DNA of 64,000 bases, taken from contig CAWEKF010000003.1 in NCBI GenBank assembly GCA_963809705.1, positions 35,147-99,146 on the forward strand, written 5' to 3'. Within the stretch, counting starts at the first letter, position 1; every line of letters starts with the position of its first letter. The translations under genes were made by a program, and so were the position numbers. The DNA is from an uncultured Solirubrobacterales bacterium (lineage in GTDB: Bacteria; Actinomycetota; Thermoleophilia; Solirubrobacterales; Solirubrobacteraceae). This document shows, in pieces, positions 47,050 to 56,304 of the stretch. The notes under the pieces were generated by a model. The model ran no database searches, was not told the origin of the DNA, and worked only from the letters and a program-made list of their open reading frames with translations.

Positions 47050-48092
47050 GCGAGCGCTTCGAGCGCGTCGTGGAGTTCGCAGCGGGCGACGGCCTGCAAT
47101 GCAATGTGATCAACGTTCGTGGCGAGTGTGAGCCCACCAAGGGGCCTGTCCTGCTCGTGCACGGCGCCGGGGTGCGCGCCAAAATCTTCGGGGCTCCGAG
47201 CGGACGCAACCTCGTGGACGTGCTCGTCGAGGACGGCTGGGACGTGTGGCTTGAGAACTGGCGCGCCTCGATCGACATTCCCCACAACCACTGGACGCTC
47301 GACCAGGCGGCCGTCTATGACCATCCGCGTGCGGTGGAGACCGTGTGCTCGCATACCGGCGCCGCCTCGATCAAGGCGGTGATCCACTGTCAGGGCTCGA
47401 CCAGCTTCATGATGAGCGCGCTCGCCGGGCTCGTGCCGCAGGTGCAGACGATCGTCTCCAACGCCGTTTCGATCCATCCGCTCGTGCCCCGCCTCGCAGG
47501 CCTGAAGCTGCGCAGCATGATCCCGGCCACCGCCAGGGTCCTTGGCTACCTGGATCCCCAGTGGGGACGGGTCGGCGCGCCCTGGATCGTGCCCAAGCTG
47601 GTGAACGCCTGGATCAAGCTCGACCATCACGAGTGCGAGAACAGTGTGTGCAAGTGGTCCAGCTACACCTACGGCGCCGGCAAGCCGACCCTGTGGCGCC
47701 ACGAGAACCTCAACGAGTCCACCCACGAATGGCTCAAGGGCGAGTTCGCGGCGGTGCCGCTCACCTTCTTCTCGCAGATCCTGAAGTGCGTGCGCGCCGG
47801 TCGTCTGCTTGCGGTCGAACATCATCCGCAGCTGCCGCGCGACTTCACCGCCCAGGCGCCGCTCACCGACGCTCGCGTCGTTTTCCTGGCGGGCGCGCTC
47901 AACAAGTGCTTCGTGGCGGAGAGCCAACTGGCCTCGCACGCTTGGTTTGCAAGCTATGCCCCGAATCGCACGGCGCTGCACGTGTTCGACGACTACGGTC
48001 ACCTCGACGTGTTCATGGGCAAGCACGCGTCTCGCGACATATTTCCCACGATCCTCGCCGAGCTGGAGGATGCAGGCGGGCGACGGGCGTGA
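47046..48092 (+). CDS. Alpha/beta hydrolase
   Basis: VLLVHG, DVWLENWRAS, HCQGS, YGHLDVFMG. Confidence 0.85.
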   Translation: MSERFERVVEFAAGDGLQCNVINVRGECEPTKGPVLLVHGAGVRAKIFGAPSGRNLVDVLVEDGWDVWLENWRASIDIPHNHWTLDQAAVYDHPRAVETVCSHTGAASIKAVIHCQGSTSFMMSALAGLVPQVQTIVSNAVSIHPLVPRLAGLKLRSMIPATARVLGYLDPQWGRVGAPWIVPKLVNAWIKLDHHECENSVCKWSSYTYGAGKPTLWRHENLNESTHEWLKGEFAAVPLTFFSQILKCVRAGRLLAVEHHPQLPRDFTAQAPLTDARVVFLAGALNKCFVAESQLASHAWFASYAPNRTALHVFDDYGHLDVFMGKHASRDIFPTILAELEDAGGRRA

Positions 48093-48997
48093 GGGCGCCG
48101 GGGCGGATCCGCCGCGAGACGGGCCGCCACGCGCTGGTGGACGCCATCCCCTTCGCCCTGCCGGTGGCCTCGCGCGAAAGCCCGGCCTTGATGGCGGCCT
48201 TCTCGATCGACGCGCGCGCCGCGGCTGACTTGCTGGCCGGGCAGGAGGTCCATCCGCTGCGAATCTGGGGCGGGCGAGCCCTCCTGCTGATCACGGTGGT
48301 CGACTATCGCTCCACCAACATCGGTCGCTACGTCGAGTTCTCCATCGCGATCGCCTGCACCCATGGCACGTCGGCTGGGCCGGCACTGATCCCGGCGCTT
48401 CCCTTGGCACAGCGGCTGTTTGGCACAGGCCAGTACGTCGTCGACCTGCCTGTCTCAAGCGAAGTCTCGGTGAAGGGCGGCAAGGGCATCTGGGGAATGC
48501 CCAAGCACCAGGCCAACCTCGACTTCGTGATCGCCCCCCACACCGTCTCAAGCCAATATGTCCTGGACGGCCAGCTGTGCGTGCGCATCGAGGTCGACCG
48601 TCCCCGTTTCGAGCGCCTGCCACTGGCGATGAGGACGTCCAACTACTGTGCTTTCAGGGGTCTCTTGATGAAGTCGAACATCTCCTTCCGCGGTCACGCC
48701 GGCTTCAACCTGCCGCTAACGCGCTCGGCTCGGCTGCGCATCGGCGAGCACCCGCGCGTGCAGCGGCTGGGGCGCCTCGACATCTCCTCGCGTCCGTTGT
48801 TCAGCGGCTATTTTCCCTCCACCGAAGGCATCCTCGACGACCACATCGACTCATGGTTTCTGTCCTTCAGAGAACCACCTACGAGCGTTCCGGAAGGATT
48901 GGAGAGCGTCGTGAACCTCGGTCAAAGCCAGGAGTGGCTCGCGCCGCCTGAGGATCCCGCGCTCGGAGAGCCCGGGGCGCAAGCCGCGACGCCTTAG
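48089..48997 (+). CDS. Acetoacetate decarboxylase family protein
   Basis: DYRSTNIGRYVEF, GGKGIWGMPK (Schiff-base Lys motif). Confidence 0.85.
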   Translation: MRAPGRIRRETGRHALVDAIPFALPVASRESPALMAAFSIDARAAADLLAGQEVHPLRIWGGRALLLITVVDYRSTNIGRYVEFSIAIACTHGTSAGPALIPALPLAQRLFGTGQYVVDLPVSSEVSVKGGKGIWGMPKHQANLDFVIAPHTVSSQYVLDGQLCVRIEVDRPRFERLPLAMRTSNYCAFRGLLMKSNISFRGHAGFNLPLTRSARLRIGEHPRVQRLGRLDISSRPLFSGYFPSTEGILDDHIDSWFLSFREPPTSVPEGLESVVNLGQSQEWLAPPEDPALGEPGAQAATP

Positions 48998-49007
48998 CGT
49001 CCTCGGC

Positions 49008-50373
49008 TCAGGCGATCGTCTCGCTGCGCGAGGTCGTTCCCTGTTCGTCGCGGTAGCGCACCTCGATCTGGGGGCCGGCGAAATCCAGGACGGCGAAGCC
49101 CATACGTCCCCAGTGGTCGCCGTGATACTTGGAGAACCCGGTTTCCTGCCAAGCGCCCGGCGCGGGGATGTGTTCGTCGGGCGTATGGGTCATGAGCACG
49201 GGCACGCCGCCGTGGCCGATGCAGCGCGGGATCTCCACGCCGCCGGCAGCTTGGAAGCCCATCAAGCGATGCTCGTGGCCCCACAGCCAGGCGGTGACGC
49301 GCCCGTCCTTGAGCACGGGCGCAAGCTTCGCGGGCAAGGTGGGGCCGAGGTCCTCGGTGTCGTACACCGAGACGAGCTGATGGTGGCTGAGCAGCATCAG
49401 CTTGCGCTCCGATTCTCCGGCCACGCGCTCCACATAGCTGGCCTGGGGGTCCTCCAGCACGCCGACCATGCCGAGCGACAGCACGTCGGGGTCCCAGGCG
49501 GTGTCGAGGCCGACGATGTCCCAGGATGGCGAGCGCAGACGGAAGTAGCTTGTGGGCTTGCCGTCGGCTGAGCTCCTGCTTGGCGAAGCGCTCGTCGCCA
49601 AGCAAAGTCTTGAAGTAACCAAAGCCGCCACCGTACATGTCGTGGTTGCCGTTCAGCGACCACGAGGTGACCCCTTCGGCGGCTTGCTCTAAGCTCACGG
49701 GCCACATTCCCGGTGCGAGCACGTGATGGCGCACCTCTCGCTCCTCGCCCGAGTAGTAGATGTCGCCGAGGTGGATCACATGCGCCTCGCGGCCTTCCGC
49801 CAGCGCCTTGGAGACCTCTTCGGCCATGTGCTCGGCCACCCTGCGCGCGCGGGGAAGTCCGGTCCCCCAATCGCCGACGATCACCACGCATGCGTCGTCG
49901 GCGATCTCGTACTCGGCCGGCAGGGGGTTGAACGAGTGGTTGCCGCGGGCCAGGCGATCGAGCACCGCCCCGGCCACATCGATCACCCAGTTGGGATCGT
50001 CAGGCCCGAAGCGCACTGGGTGCAGGATCGACTCGATCAGATGGATCAACCAACTCAATGGGCCGCGATGCGCGGGCGCTTCTCCGGGTACGCCGCGTTC
50101 GCGCAGCTTGCCCTCCAAGGTGCTCTGCATCAGGCTCTGGATCGGATCGCGCGACATGAACGGGACTTCGGCGGTCTTCCTGCCGCCTGAGGAGGCAAGT
50201 CCGGGCGCGACGGGCGGCAGCGCCGCACGCAGCTGGGCCACCGGATCGCCCTTGCCGGCGAACGTGTCGGCGGCGCGCGCGGCGGCGTCCTGCAGCTCGG
50301 GGGCGTCGAGTTGCCCGCGCATGGCCTCGACGTATCTATGCATTTCGCGTCGGTCGACTACTTGCCTGATCAT
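49008..50373 (-). CDS. Calcineurin-like metallophosphoesterase, frameshift at about 49572
   Basis: GDWG, HLGDIYY, GNHD in one frame; LSHH, WGHEH, GHGG in the next. Confidence 0.85.
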
Positions 50374-50744
50374 CGGCTCACTTCCATCTATCGGGCATGG
50401 GGTTGCGCGCCAGCATATACCGAGGCGGTCAGGAAGGGTCTCGGAGAAGCGCGACGATCAGCACGAACGCAATCACCGCTGCAAGGCGTGGGCACGCTAG
50501 CTGGCGCTGCGTCCATCGGCTGGTCATCATCCAAGCCAGCAAGTTTGTTACGAACAGTCTCACCGGGCGAATATCAGGATGCCGAATTATGGCAGGCGCC
50601 CCAAGGCTCGTTGCTCCCATGTCGAGTGATGCTCGGGAATTGCGGGGAAGTGTCCTGCTCATCGTTGTCTGCGATAGGGCGACCGCCAGAGCGGCGCGAC
50701 TCTCCTCGTCGGTCCCACCAGGGTGCGCGAATGGGGATGATCAT

Positions 50745-51311
50745 CTACAGGCCGTCTGGCACGTGCTTGTAGCGAAGGTAAACGACGCGAGAGCCAAACG
50801 TCTTCGTCTCGACCAACTCCAGGTTGATCCTTTCGTCCAGGGTCGGGAAGTAGGGCGTGCCGTCGCCGAGTAGGACCGGGCTGACGAACAGCCGCCACTC
50901 GTCGATCAACCCCAGCTTCATACACGCACCGGCGAGGCCGGCGCCGCCGACGGCGATGTCCTTTCCGGGCTGTTCCTTGAGCCTCGAGACCTCCTCGCCA
51001 ACGCCGTCCCTCGCCAGCCTGGTGTTGCCCACCACGCTCTGAAGCGTCGTGGAGAACACGACCTTCGGCAGGGCCTTCCAGATTTGGGCGAACTTGATGT
51101 GCTCCGCGGCCAGCGGACTCTCCTCAGCGGTCTCCCAGTAGACCATCGTTTCATAGAGTCGCCGTCCGCAGAGATGCACACCAGTCTCCTGTATCTGCTG
51201 GGTGTGGAGGAGAAACAGCTCCTCGTCGGGCGCCGTCCAGTCGATCGCGCCATCGGGTGCGGCGATGTAGCCGTCCAGCGACACAGTCATCGAATAGATC
51301 AACTTCCGCAT
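50745..51311 (-). CDS. Dihydrofolate reductase/RibD C-terminal family protein
   Basis: SLDGYIA, GRRLYE, PKVVFS, GLIDE..L...PVLLG. Confidence 0.9.
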   Translation of the reverse strand: MRKLIYSMTVSLDGYIAAPDGAIDWTAPDEELFLLHTQQIQETGVHLCGRRLYETMVYWETAEESPLAAEHIKFAQIWKALPKVVFSTTLQSVVGNTRLARDGVGEEVSRLKEQPGKDIAVGGAGLAGACMKLGLIDEWRLFVSPVLLGDGTPYFPTLDERINLELVETKTFGSRVVYLRYKHVPDGL

Positions 51312-51405
51312 CACAGTCCTCCCTTCGATTGGACCCCATTGTTCTGTGCACAACGACTTCGCGATGTGCGGTGGTGCTGACGCGCTGAGCCGCCCCTAGT
51401 CCACT

Positions 51406-51921
51406 ATGGTTCTCCGGGTGTTCGGTGTCATTGAACACCACGCGAAGGGCTGCCGACTGTCGTCGTGGATGAGTCTGTTTGCGCTTCTGCTGGCGCTCCT
51501 TCTGGTGCCGTCGATCGCGCACGGTGCGGACCGCACGCCGACTCGCGGTCCGCTTTCGAGCAGGCCGACGATCAGACCACACGAGGGGCCACCGCCGAAG
51601 AGATTGGTCATTCGGAACATCGTCCGGGGTACCGGGCAGCGGGCCAAGAACGGTGATCTGCTGACGACGAAATACGTGGGCGCGCTTTACGGCAACGACA
51701 AGGTCTTCGATAGCAGCTGGTCGCGTGGCGAACCGTTCAGCTTCACGTTCGGCAGTGGAGACGTCATCCCAGGCTGGGAAAGCGGTCTCGTTGGTATGCG
51801 TGTCGGGGGGAGGCGTGAACTGATCATCCCCCCGGCACTCGCTTACGGTAGGCGTGGCAGTCCCCCGACGGTGCCACCGAACTCGACTCTGATTTTCATC
51901 GTCGATTTGTTGGCCGCCTGA
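51406..51921 (+). CDS. Secreted FKBP-type peptidyl-prolyl isomerase (start may be 51469)
   Basis: FDSSW, VIPGW, LIIPPALAYG, LIFIVDL. Confidence 0.9.
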   Translation: MVLRVFGVIEHHAKGCRLSSWMSLFALLLALLLVPSIAHGADRTPTRGPLSSRPTIRPHEGPPPKRLVIRNIVRGTGQRAKNGDLLTTKYVGALYGNDKVFDSSWSRGEPFSFTFGSGDVIPGWESGLVGMRVGGRRELIIPPALAYGRRGSPPTVPPNSTLIFIVDLLAA

Positions 51922-51964
51922 GCGCCAATTGCCGAAGCCGCGGGTAGTGCCGAGCGAGTGCCAA

Positions 51965-52048
51965 TGCGGATGAGAGGACTCGAACCTCCACGTCCTTACG
52001 GACACGGCGACCTGAACGCCGCGCGTCTACCAATTCCGCCACATCCGC
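51965..52048 (-). tRNA. tRNA-Leu(CAG)
   Basis: Reverse complement GCGGATGTGGCGGAATTGGTAGACGCGCGGCG-TTCAGGT-CGCCG, long variable arm, GGTTCGAGTCC. Confidence 0.96.
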
Positions 52049-52192
52049 GTGTCGGGCGAGCGACGATATCGCAACGAGGCTGGATGTAGGGGCGCGATTC
52101 GTCCTCGCCAGCTGTGTCGCCGAGGAGTGCTTCCGCCGCGCGCCTCCCCCGTTCCGCGCCTGGCTTTGCTAGCCTCGACGGCGACTAGACAG

Positions 52193-52265
52193 GCCGCCAT
52201 CGTCTAGGGGACTAGGACGCCGCCCTCTCACGGCGGTAACACGGGTTCGAATCCCGTTGGCGGTA
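52193..52265 (+). tRNA. tRNA-Glu(CTC)
   Basis: GCCGCCA/TGGCGGT acceptor stem, CCGCC-CTCTCAC-GGCGG anticodon arm, GGTTCGAATCC. Confidence 0.96.
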
Positions 52266-53401
52266 TTTAGTGCGGTTTTGCAGGGGTTTTCTGGGGTTCA
52301 ACGGGAACGATTTCGTAGTGGGCTCATTGTCGGTCGGACGGTCGTCGTCAAGGACCTCGGCCATTGTGGCGGCGAGCTGATCGATGTCCCAGTCTGTGTA
52401 GATGTCGCCGGTGGTCTGTATTGAGGCGTGGCCGAGCAATTGCTGCACGGCCTTTAGATTCCCGGTCTTGTCGAGCACGCGCTGTCCAGCCGTGTGTCTA
52501 GCCTTGTGCATCCGTTGGCCCTTCGTTGCGCCCTTGGCTACGATCCCAGCGGCCGCGAGGCGTCTGTACCACCAGTTGTGCTCTCCGTGTGGTCCCATCG
52601 GCTTTGTCGGGTCGATCTTGCCGTAGCGACCTGTGCTTTGGGCCATAAGGTAGTGGTGAGGTTGTGCTTCGGATTCAAGGATGTAGCGCTCAAGGTCGGT
52701 CCAGAACGCGGCGTCGGGGATCGGGATTTCGCGGACCTTCTGGCCCTTCGTGAAGATGATCAGCCGGTGTCGCTCGTAGTCGAAGTGGTTGATCTGGATA
52801 CCTCGCAGCGCCCCCTTGCGCAGTGCGTAGTCCAACAGGAGTCGCAATGCGATCCGGTCGCGCAACTCCACAGCGGCCGCAAGGATCGCCAGGCCTGATC
52901 TCTGGGGAAGGTGGTCCGGTGGACCTGGCGATCCTTTGCGCGCTCGATCAAGAATGTTGGGTCACCATGCAGTGGACCTCGAGGGATGATCTGCCAACGG
53001 AAGAAGTCCCTGATGATCGAAAGGCCCTTGTTGTACGTTTTTGGGGCACTGCTGCCCCACTGGTAGTCCAAGAACTCTTCGAGACGTTCCGTGCCGGTGG
53101 GCGGCTCGAAATCCTCAACTCTTAGGTCTGGGAAGTAGCGGGCGAGCTTGTCGAGACCCGACTCGTAGTCGCGGTAGCTTTCGTCTGTCAGGCGCTTGCG
53201 CTTGGCTCGAAGATAGGCTGCGACCTTCTTGCCGATCGGGGTGAGTTGGTAGCTCTTGTCCTTCATCGCGTCGCGGATAAGCGGGGCGAGCTGGACCAGT
53301 TGCTGCAGCGTCAGCCTGTCGCCGACGCTTGGCGCGACTGCTCGATCAGCTCGTGTGGGGGTTCGGTTCGATACGTCCACGTTTACCTCGATTCGCACCA
53401 A
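52212..53401 (-). CDS. Tyrosine recombinase/integrase, single-base frameshift at about 52895 (start uncertain)
   Basis: LRKG (R), TKGQK (K), HKARH, LLGH, GDIY catalytic set; adding one base restores FPRDQ.LAILAAAVELRDR. Confidence 0.9.
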
Positions 53402-53497
53402 AGCTCAAGTCCAAGCGCGCTGCTTGCGAAGAGTCCCGCCTCGGGCCGAGCACCTCCGCCTCGGATCGGGGGAACACACATATCAGGCTGGCAAGTT

Positions 53498-54526
53498 TCA
53501 TTGCCACTGTGCGATCCCGAAGCGCGCGTGGGATGCGCCTATCTGCTCTGCCTGGTCGGTGGCGGCGTGCTCGGCGGCTTCGTGGGCGGCGGCTAGTACG
53601 CGGCGCAGGTCTCCGCTCGAGTGCCTGTAGAACTCGGCGAGGGCGTCGAGTGCGGTCCCGTCGAGGATCGCGGCGAGCGGTGTATTGCGTGCCACCTGCT
53701 CCAAGCGCTTGACGAGAATCGCCGCGACCGCAGCGCGGGCGTGGTCTTTCAGCAGTGGGATCGTGATCATCTCCAAACCCGGCGCGAGTCGCGCGAAGGC
53801 GCGCGAGCCGTCAATTAGGTGCGTCTGCACGGCGACGATCATTGGTGCATCGACCTGATCTACAAAGGCGCTCAGGGGTCCCGCGAAGAATGCCTCGGCG
53901 CGCTGTCGGTCGTCCGCGCCCCCCACGGTCGCCTCTGTGTCGTCGAATACGAAGATCGGCGTCATGCCAGCCTCCATGAGGGTCGGGATCAGCCGGCCAT
54001 TGAGCGCGAGTAGGTGGTCGCCGGGGAGGCGGTTCTGGGTGAACTCCTCGCGCAGGGATGAGACGTTGAGGCTGACTTCTGCCGGGATCGCACCCCCACC
54101 CAACTTGGCGCTCGCGAGCCTCGTCGGAGTCCGCACGGTGCTCTGCGAAGTCGCGCGCGACTGCTCCAGCGCGTCCTGTGCGGTCGCATCCAACATGACC
54201 TCGTCGAGTGCGATCGACAAGGCCAGGCGGGCGATCTCGCCGACGCTGCCCGGGTCCTCGACGCCTGTTATCGGTATCTGCAGCGCGAAATGGCTCGCTG
54301 GCAGTTGGTAGCAGGTCCACGCGATCATGCTCGACTTGCCCGCCCCGCTCGGTCCCAAGACGGCGACGCACGCTCCTTCTGTTAGACGGGCGATTGCTCG
54401 TTGCTCATACACGCGATTGTCGGCAAGCTCGTCCAGGGGGACGTGTAGTTCGTGCAGTTCCCACAGGCGGCTGCGCGGGCGAAACGCCGCGACATTGTCG
54501 AGTCTTGTGATCAGTTCTGCGCTCAT
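53498..54526 (-). CDS. P-loop ATPase (AAA+/STAND-like) with no obvious effector domain
   Basis: Walker A GPSGAGKS, Walker B IFVFDDTE, C-terminal SGDLR. Confidence 0.88.
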   Translation of the reverse strand: MSAELITRLDNVAAFRPRSRLWELHELHVPLDELADNRVYEQRAIARLTEGACVAVLGPSGAGKSSMIAWTCYQLPASHFALQIPITGVEDPGSVGEIARLALSIALDEVMLDATAQDALEQSRATSQSTVRTPTRLASAKLGGGAIPAEVSLNVSSLREEFTQNRLPGDHLLALNGRLIPTLMEAGMTPIFVFDDTEATVGGADDRQRAEAFFAGPLSAFVDQVDAPMIVAVQTHLIDGSRAFARLAPGLEMITIPLLKDHARAAVAAILVKRLEQVARNTPLAAILDGTALDALAEFYRHSSGDLRRVLAAAHEAAEHAATDQAEQIGASHARFGIAQWQ

Positions 54527-55533
54527 GTGGGCTCCGGTAGCTTAGGTCGGTAGACCGTACGCGGGCGGCCTGGGCGGTCGGTTCGCTCGGCGCTCGACTC
54601 CACGAGCCCCGCGTCCTGGAGCTGTCCCAGCAGGGTCGTTACACGGGCTCGCGTAAGACCTAGACGGTCAAGCAGGGCCTCGTCTGAGGGGCTCGCTTGG
54701 CCGCGGTCCAAGAGCTCGGCCATCAGCATTCCCTGTGGGCGGCCGATTTGGGCGGCCGCGTCGATTAGGTGGGCGCGGGCTGAGAGTTCGCGTGTGGGGT
54801 CGATACCGCGGACGACCGCATTGTTTGCTGCGCGGATTGCTGCGCGTGGGTTGCCCCGTGCGTCAGCTGCGATCTGCGAGATCAGCTTCGGCTTCAACTC
54901 GTCGCTGCGCCTGCTCAAGACCTCGATGAGGCGTTCGGTGGGCAGGGGCGTGAGCTCAACCACAATGTCGAAGAACGTGTCCGCCGGCGGCCTCAGCACC
55001 GTGGCGCGGTCGTCGCTGTCGATCGCTACCAGCCAACGGTGGGGGAGCTGCCAGATCACGTCGCGCATACGCCCGAAAACGCTGTAGAGCGCCTGCGCCG
55101 ATCCCGTCGCGTCGAGCAGTATCGTCGTCGGCTCCACTTCCTCGCCGAGCGCCCGCAGCTCGTCGTACAGCAGCCGTGACGCTCCGCCCGGTGGTGGGGA
55201 GCGTTCGCCCGCCAGCTGGTTCACGCTCCGCGAGACCGCGTCCGGGAGGGCCTGCGCAATACCAGGTTTGCCCTTCAACGCGTCGCGAATCCTGTACACG
55301 AGCTCCAGCGGCTCGGCGACTGCGGTGGCGTCGATGTATACGACGCGCTCGTCTTTGTTGCGCAGCGTGAGCTGCACCTGGCGCAGCAGCGAGGTCTTGC
55401 CCGTGCCTCGCTCGCCGCACACCAGCGTGTTGTTGTCGCGCTCCACGGCGTGGATCACCGTGTCCCACTCGGCTGGTATCACGTAATACTTAGTGTCCGC
55501 CGGGGTGTCGTAGAGAGGGCGCCCCTGTAGCAT
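54523..55533 (-). CDS. P-loop ATPase with C-terminal winged-helix domain
   Basis: Walker A GERGTGKT, degenerate Walker B ILLDA, GNPR, LGLTRARVTTLLGQLQDAGLV...GRPRTVY; TATGAT -10 box 7 nt upstream of ATG 55533 (alternative start 55545). Confidence 0.88.
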   Translation of the reverse strand: MLQGRPLYDTPADTKYYVIPAEWDTVIHAVERDNNTLVCGERGTGKTSLLRQVQLTLRNKDERVVYIDATAVAEPLELVYRIRDALKGKPGIAQALPDAVSRSVNQLAGERSPPPGGASRLLYDELRALGEEVEPTTILLDATGSAQALYSVFGRMRDVIWQLPHRWLVAIDSDDRATVLRPPADTFFDIVVELTPLPTERLIEVLSRRSDELKPKLISQIAADARGNPRAAIRAANNAVVRGIDPTRELSARAHLIDAAAQIGRPQGMLMAELLDRGQASPSDEALLDRLGLTRARVTTLLGQLQDAGLVESSAERTDRPGRPRTVYRPKLPEPT

Positions 55534-55535
55534 GG

Positions 55536-55560
55536 AACTAATCATACAGTATTTTTAGTT
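55536..55560. promoter_or_regulatory. AT-rich palindromic operator overlapping the -10 box of the ATPase operon
   Basis: AACTAA-TC-ATAC-A-GTAT-TT-TTAGTT, 10 of 12 pairs symmetric. Confidence 0.6.
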
Positions 55561-55748
55561 GCTGAGCGTTAGGGCGCTGTTCAGGCGCAGCCGGCATCGA
55601 GATCAACATCGAGCTCGTCGCCGTCGGTCGGCGAGCGGGAACGAAGACACGGGTTCGAATCCCGTTGGCGGTATAAAGCACTCATTTTTGCAGAGTCAAA
55701 GGTCGAAGGCGTGCCGTCCCGGCGAGTTGCTCGTACTACTGTGAGGCG

Positions 55749-56261
55749 ATGCGGCTGGTCGAGTTGGACAGACTCTCGGAGTCCTACTGGGAGGATCTGG
55801 TGGCAGGCGAGCATGAGCCGTTTGGGGGCATCGGCGAACGTCTGCTCTGGCGGGATAAGACTCGGAACATCGGAGTCCGCGAGGACGACGGCCGGTTGGT
55901 CGCCGCCGCCGGCGTGGTCTTGGCGGAAGTCAAGATCGAGCAGGAGCTGCCTTTCGAGGTCGCGGGTCTCGGTGGTCTGATCGTGACCCGAAGCGCGAGG
56001 GGACGTGGGCTGGCACGCATGCTCTGTCAGGGTCTGGTCGAGCTTGCAGGCGAACTTGAGGTGCGGCGAGCGATGCTCTTCTGTCTACCGAAGCTAATCC
56101 CGTTCTACCCCGAGTTTGGCTTCGTGGCGATCGACGCGCCGGTATGGGCCGACCAACCCGCCGGGCGTATCGAGATGCCCTTGAAGGCGATGTGGAAGGC
56201 GCTGGACGGTGAAGCCGACTGGCCATCTGGACGCGTTGAGCTGGAGGGGGAGCCGTTCTGA
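55749..56261 (+). CDS. GNAT acetyltransferase
   Basis: GLGGLIVTRSARGRGLAR, FY..FGF. Confidence 0.85.
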   Translation: MRLVELDRLSESYWEDLVAGEHEPFGGIGERLLWRDKTRNIGVREDDGRLVAAAGVVLAEVKIEQELPFEVAGLGGLIVTRSARGRGLARMLCQGLVELAGELEVRRAMLFCLPKLIPFYPEFGFVAIDAPVWADQPAGRIEMPLKAMWKALDGEADWPSGRVELEGEPF

Positions 56262-56304
56262 ATCCCTTGAATGAGCAGGACATGCAGGGCTGAGCTGTAC
56301 GCGT

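Larger units (their letters stand above)
52239..55674. mobile_element. 3.4-kb integrative element at the 3' end of tRNA-Glu
   Basis: Exact 28-bp direct repeat ACACGGGTTCGAATCCCGTTGGCGGTAT at 52239-52266 and 55647-55674, enclosing an integrase and two ATPase genes. Confidence 0.9.

Noticed and set aside
49560-49580. Programmed frameshift in the metallophosphoesterase (and at about 52895 in the integrase)
   Set aside because: No slippery sequence; similar single-base indels across the window point to assembly error.
11279-49931. Many long antisense or alternate-frame ORFs (e.g. 23433-25100, 36456-38432, 29076-30476, 46725-48026)
   Set aside because: Shadow ORFs of real genes caused by GC-rich codon usage; Arg/Ala/Gly-rich with no motifs.
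50397-50744. Short ORFs between the phosphoesterase and DHFR-like genes
   Set aside because: No motifs or convincing starts; possibly degraded sequence.
55647-55674. Second tRNA-Glu gene
   Set aside because: Only the T-arm and 3' acceptor strand are present; it is the att duplication.
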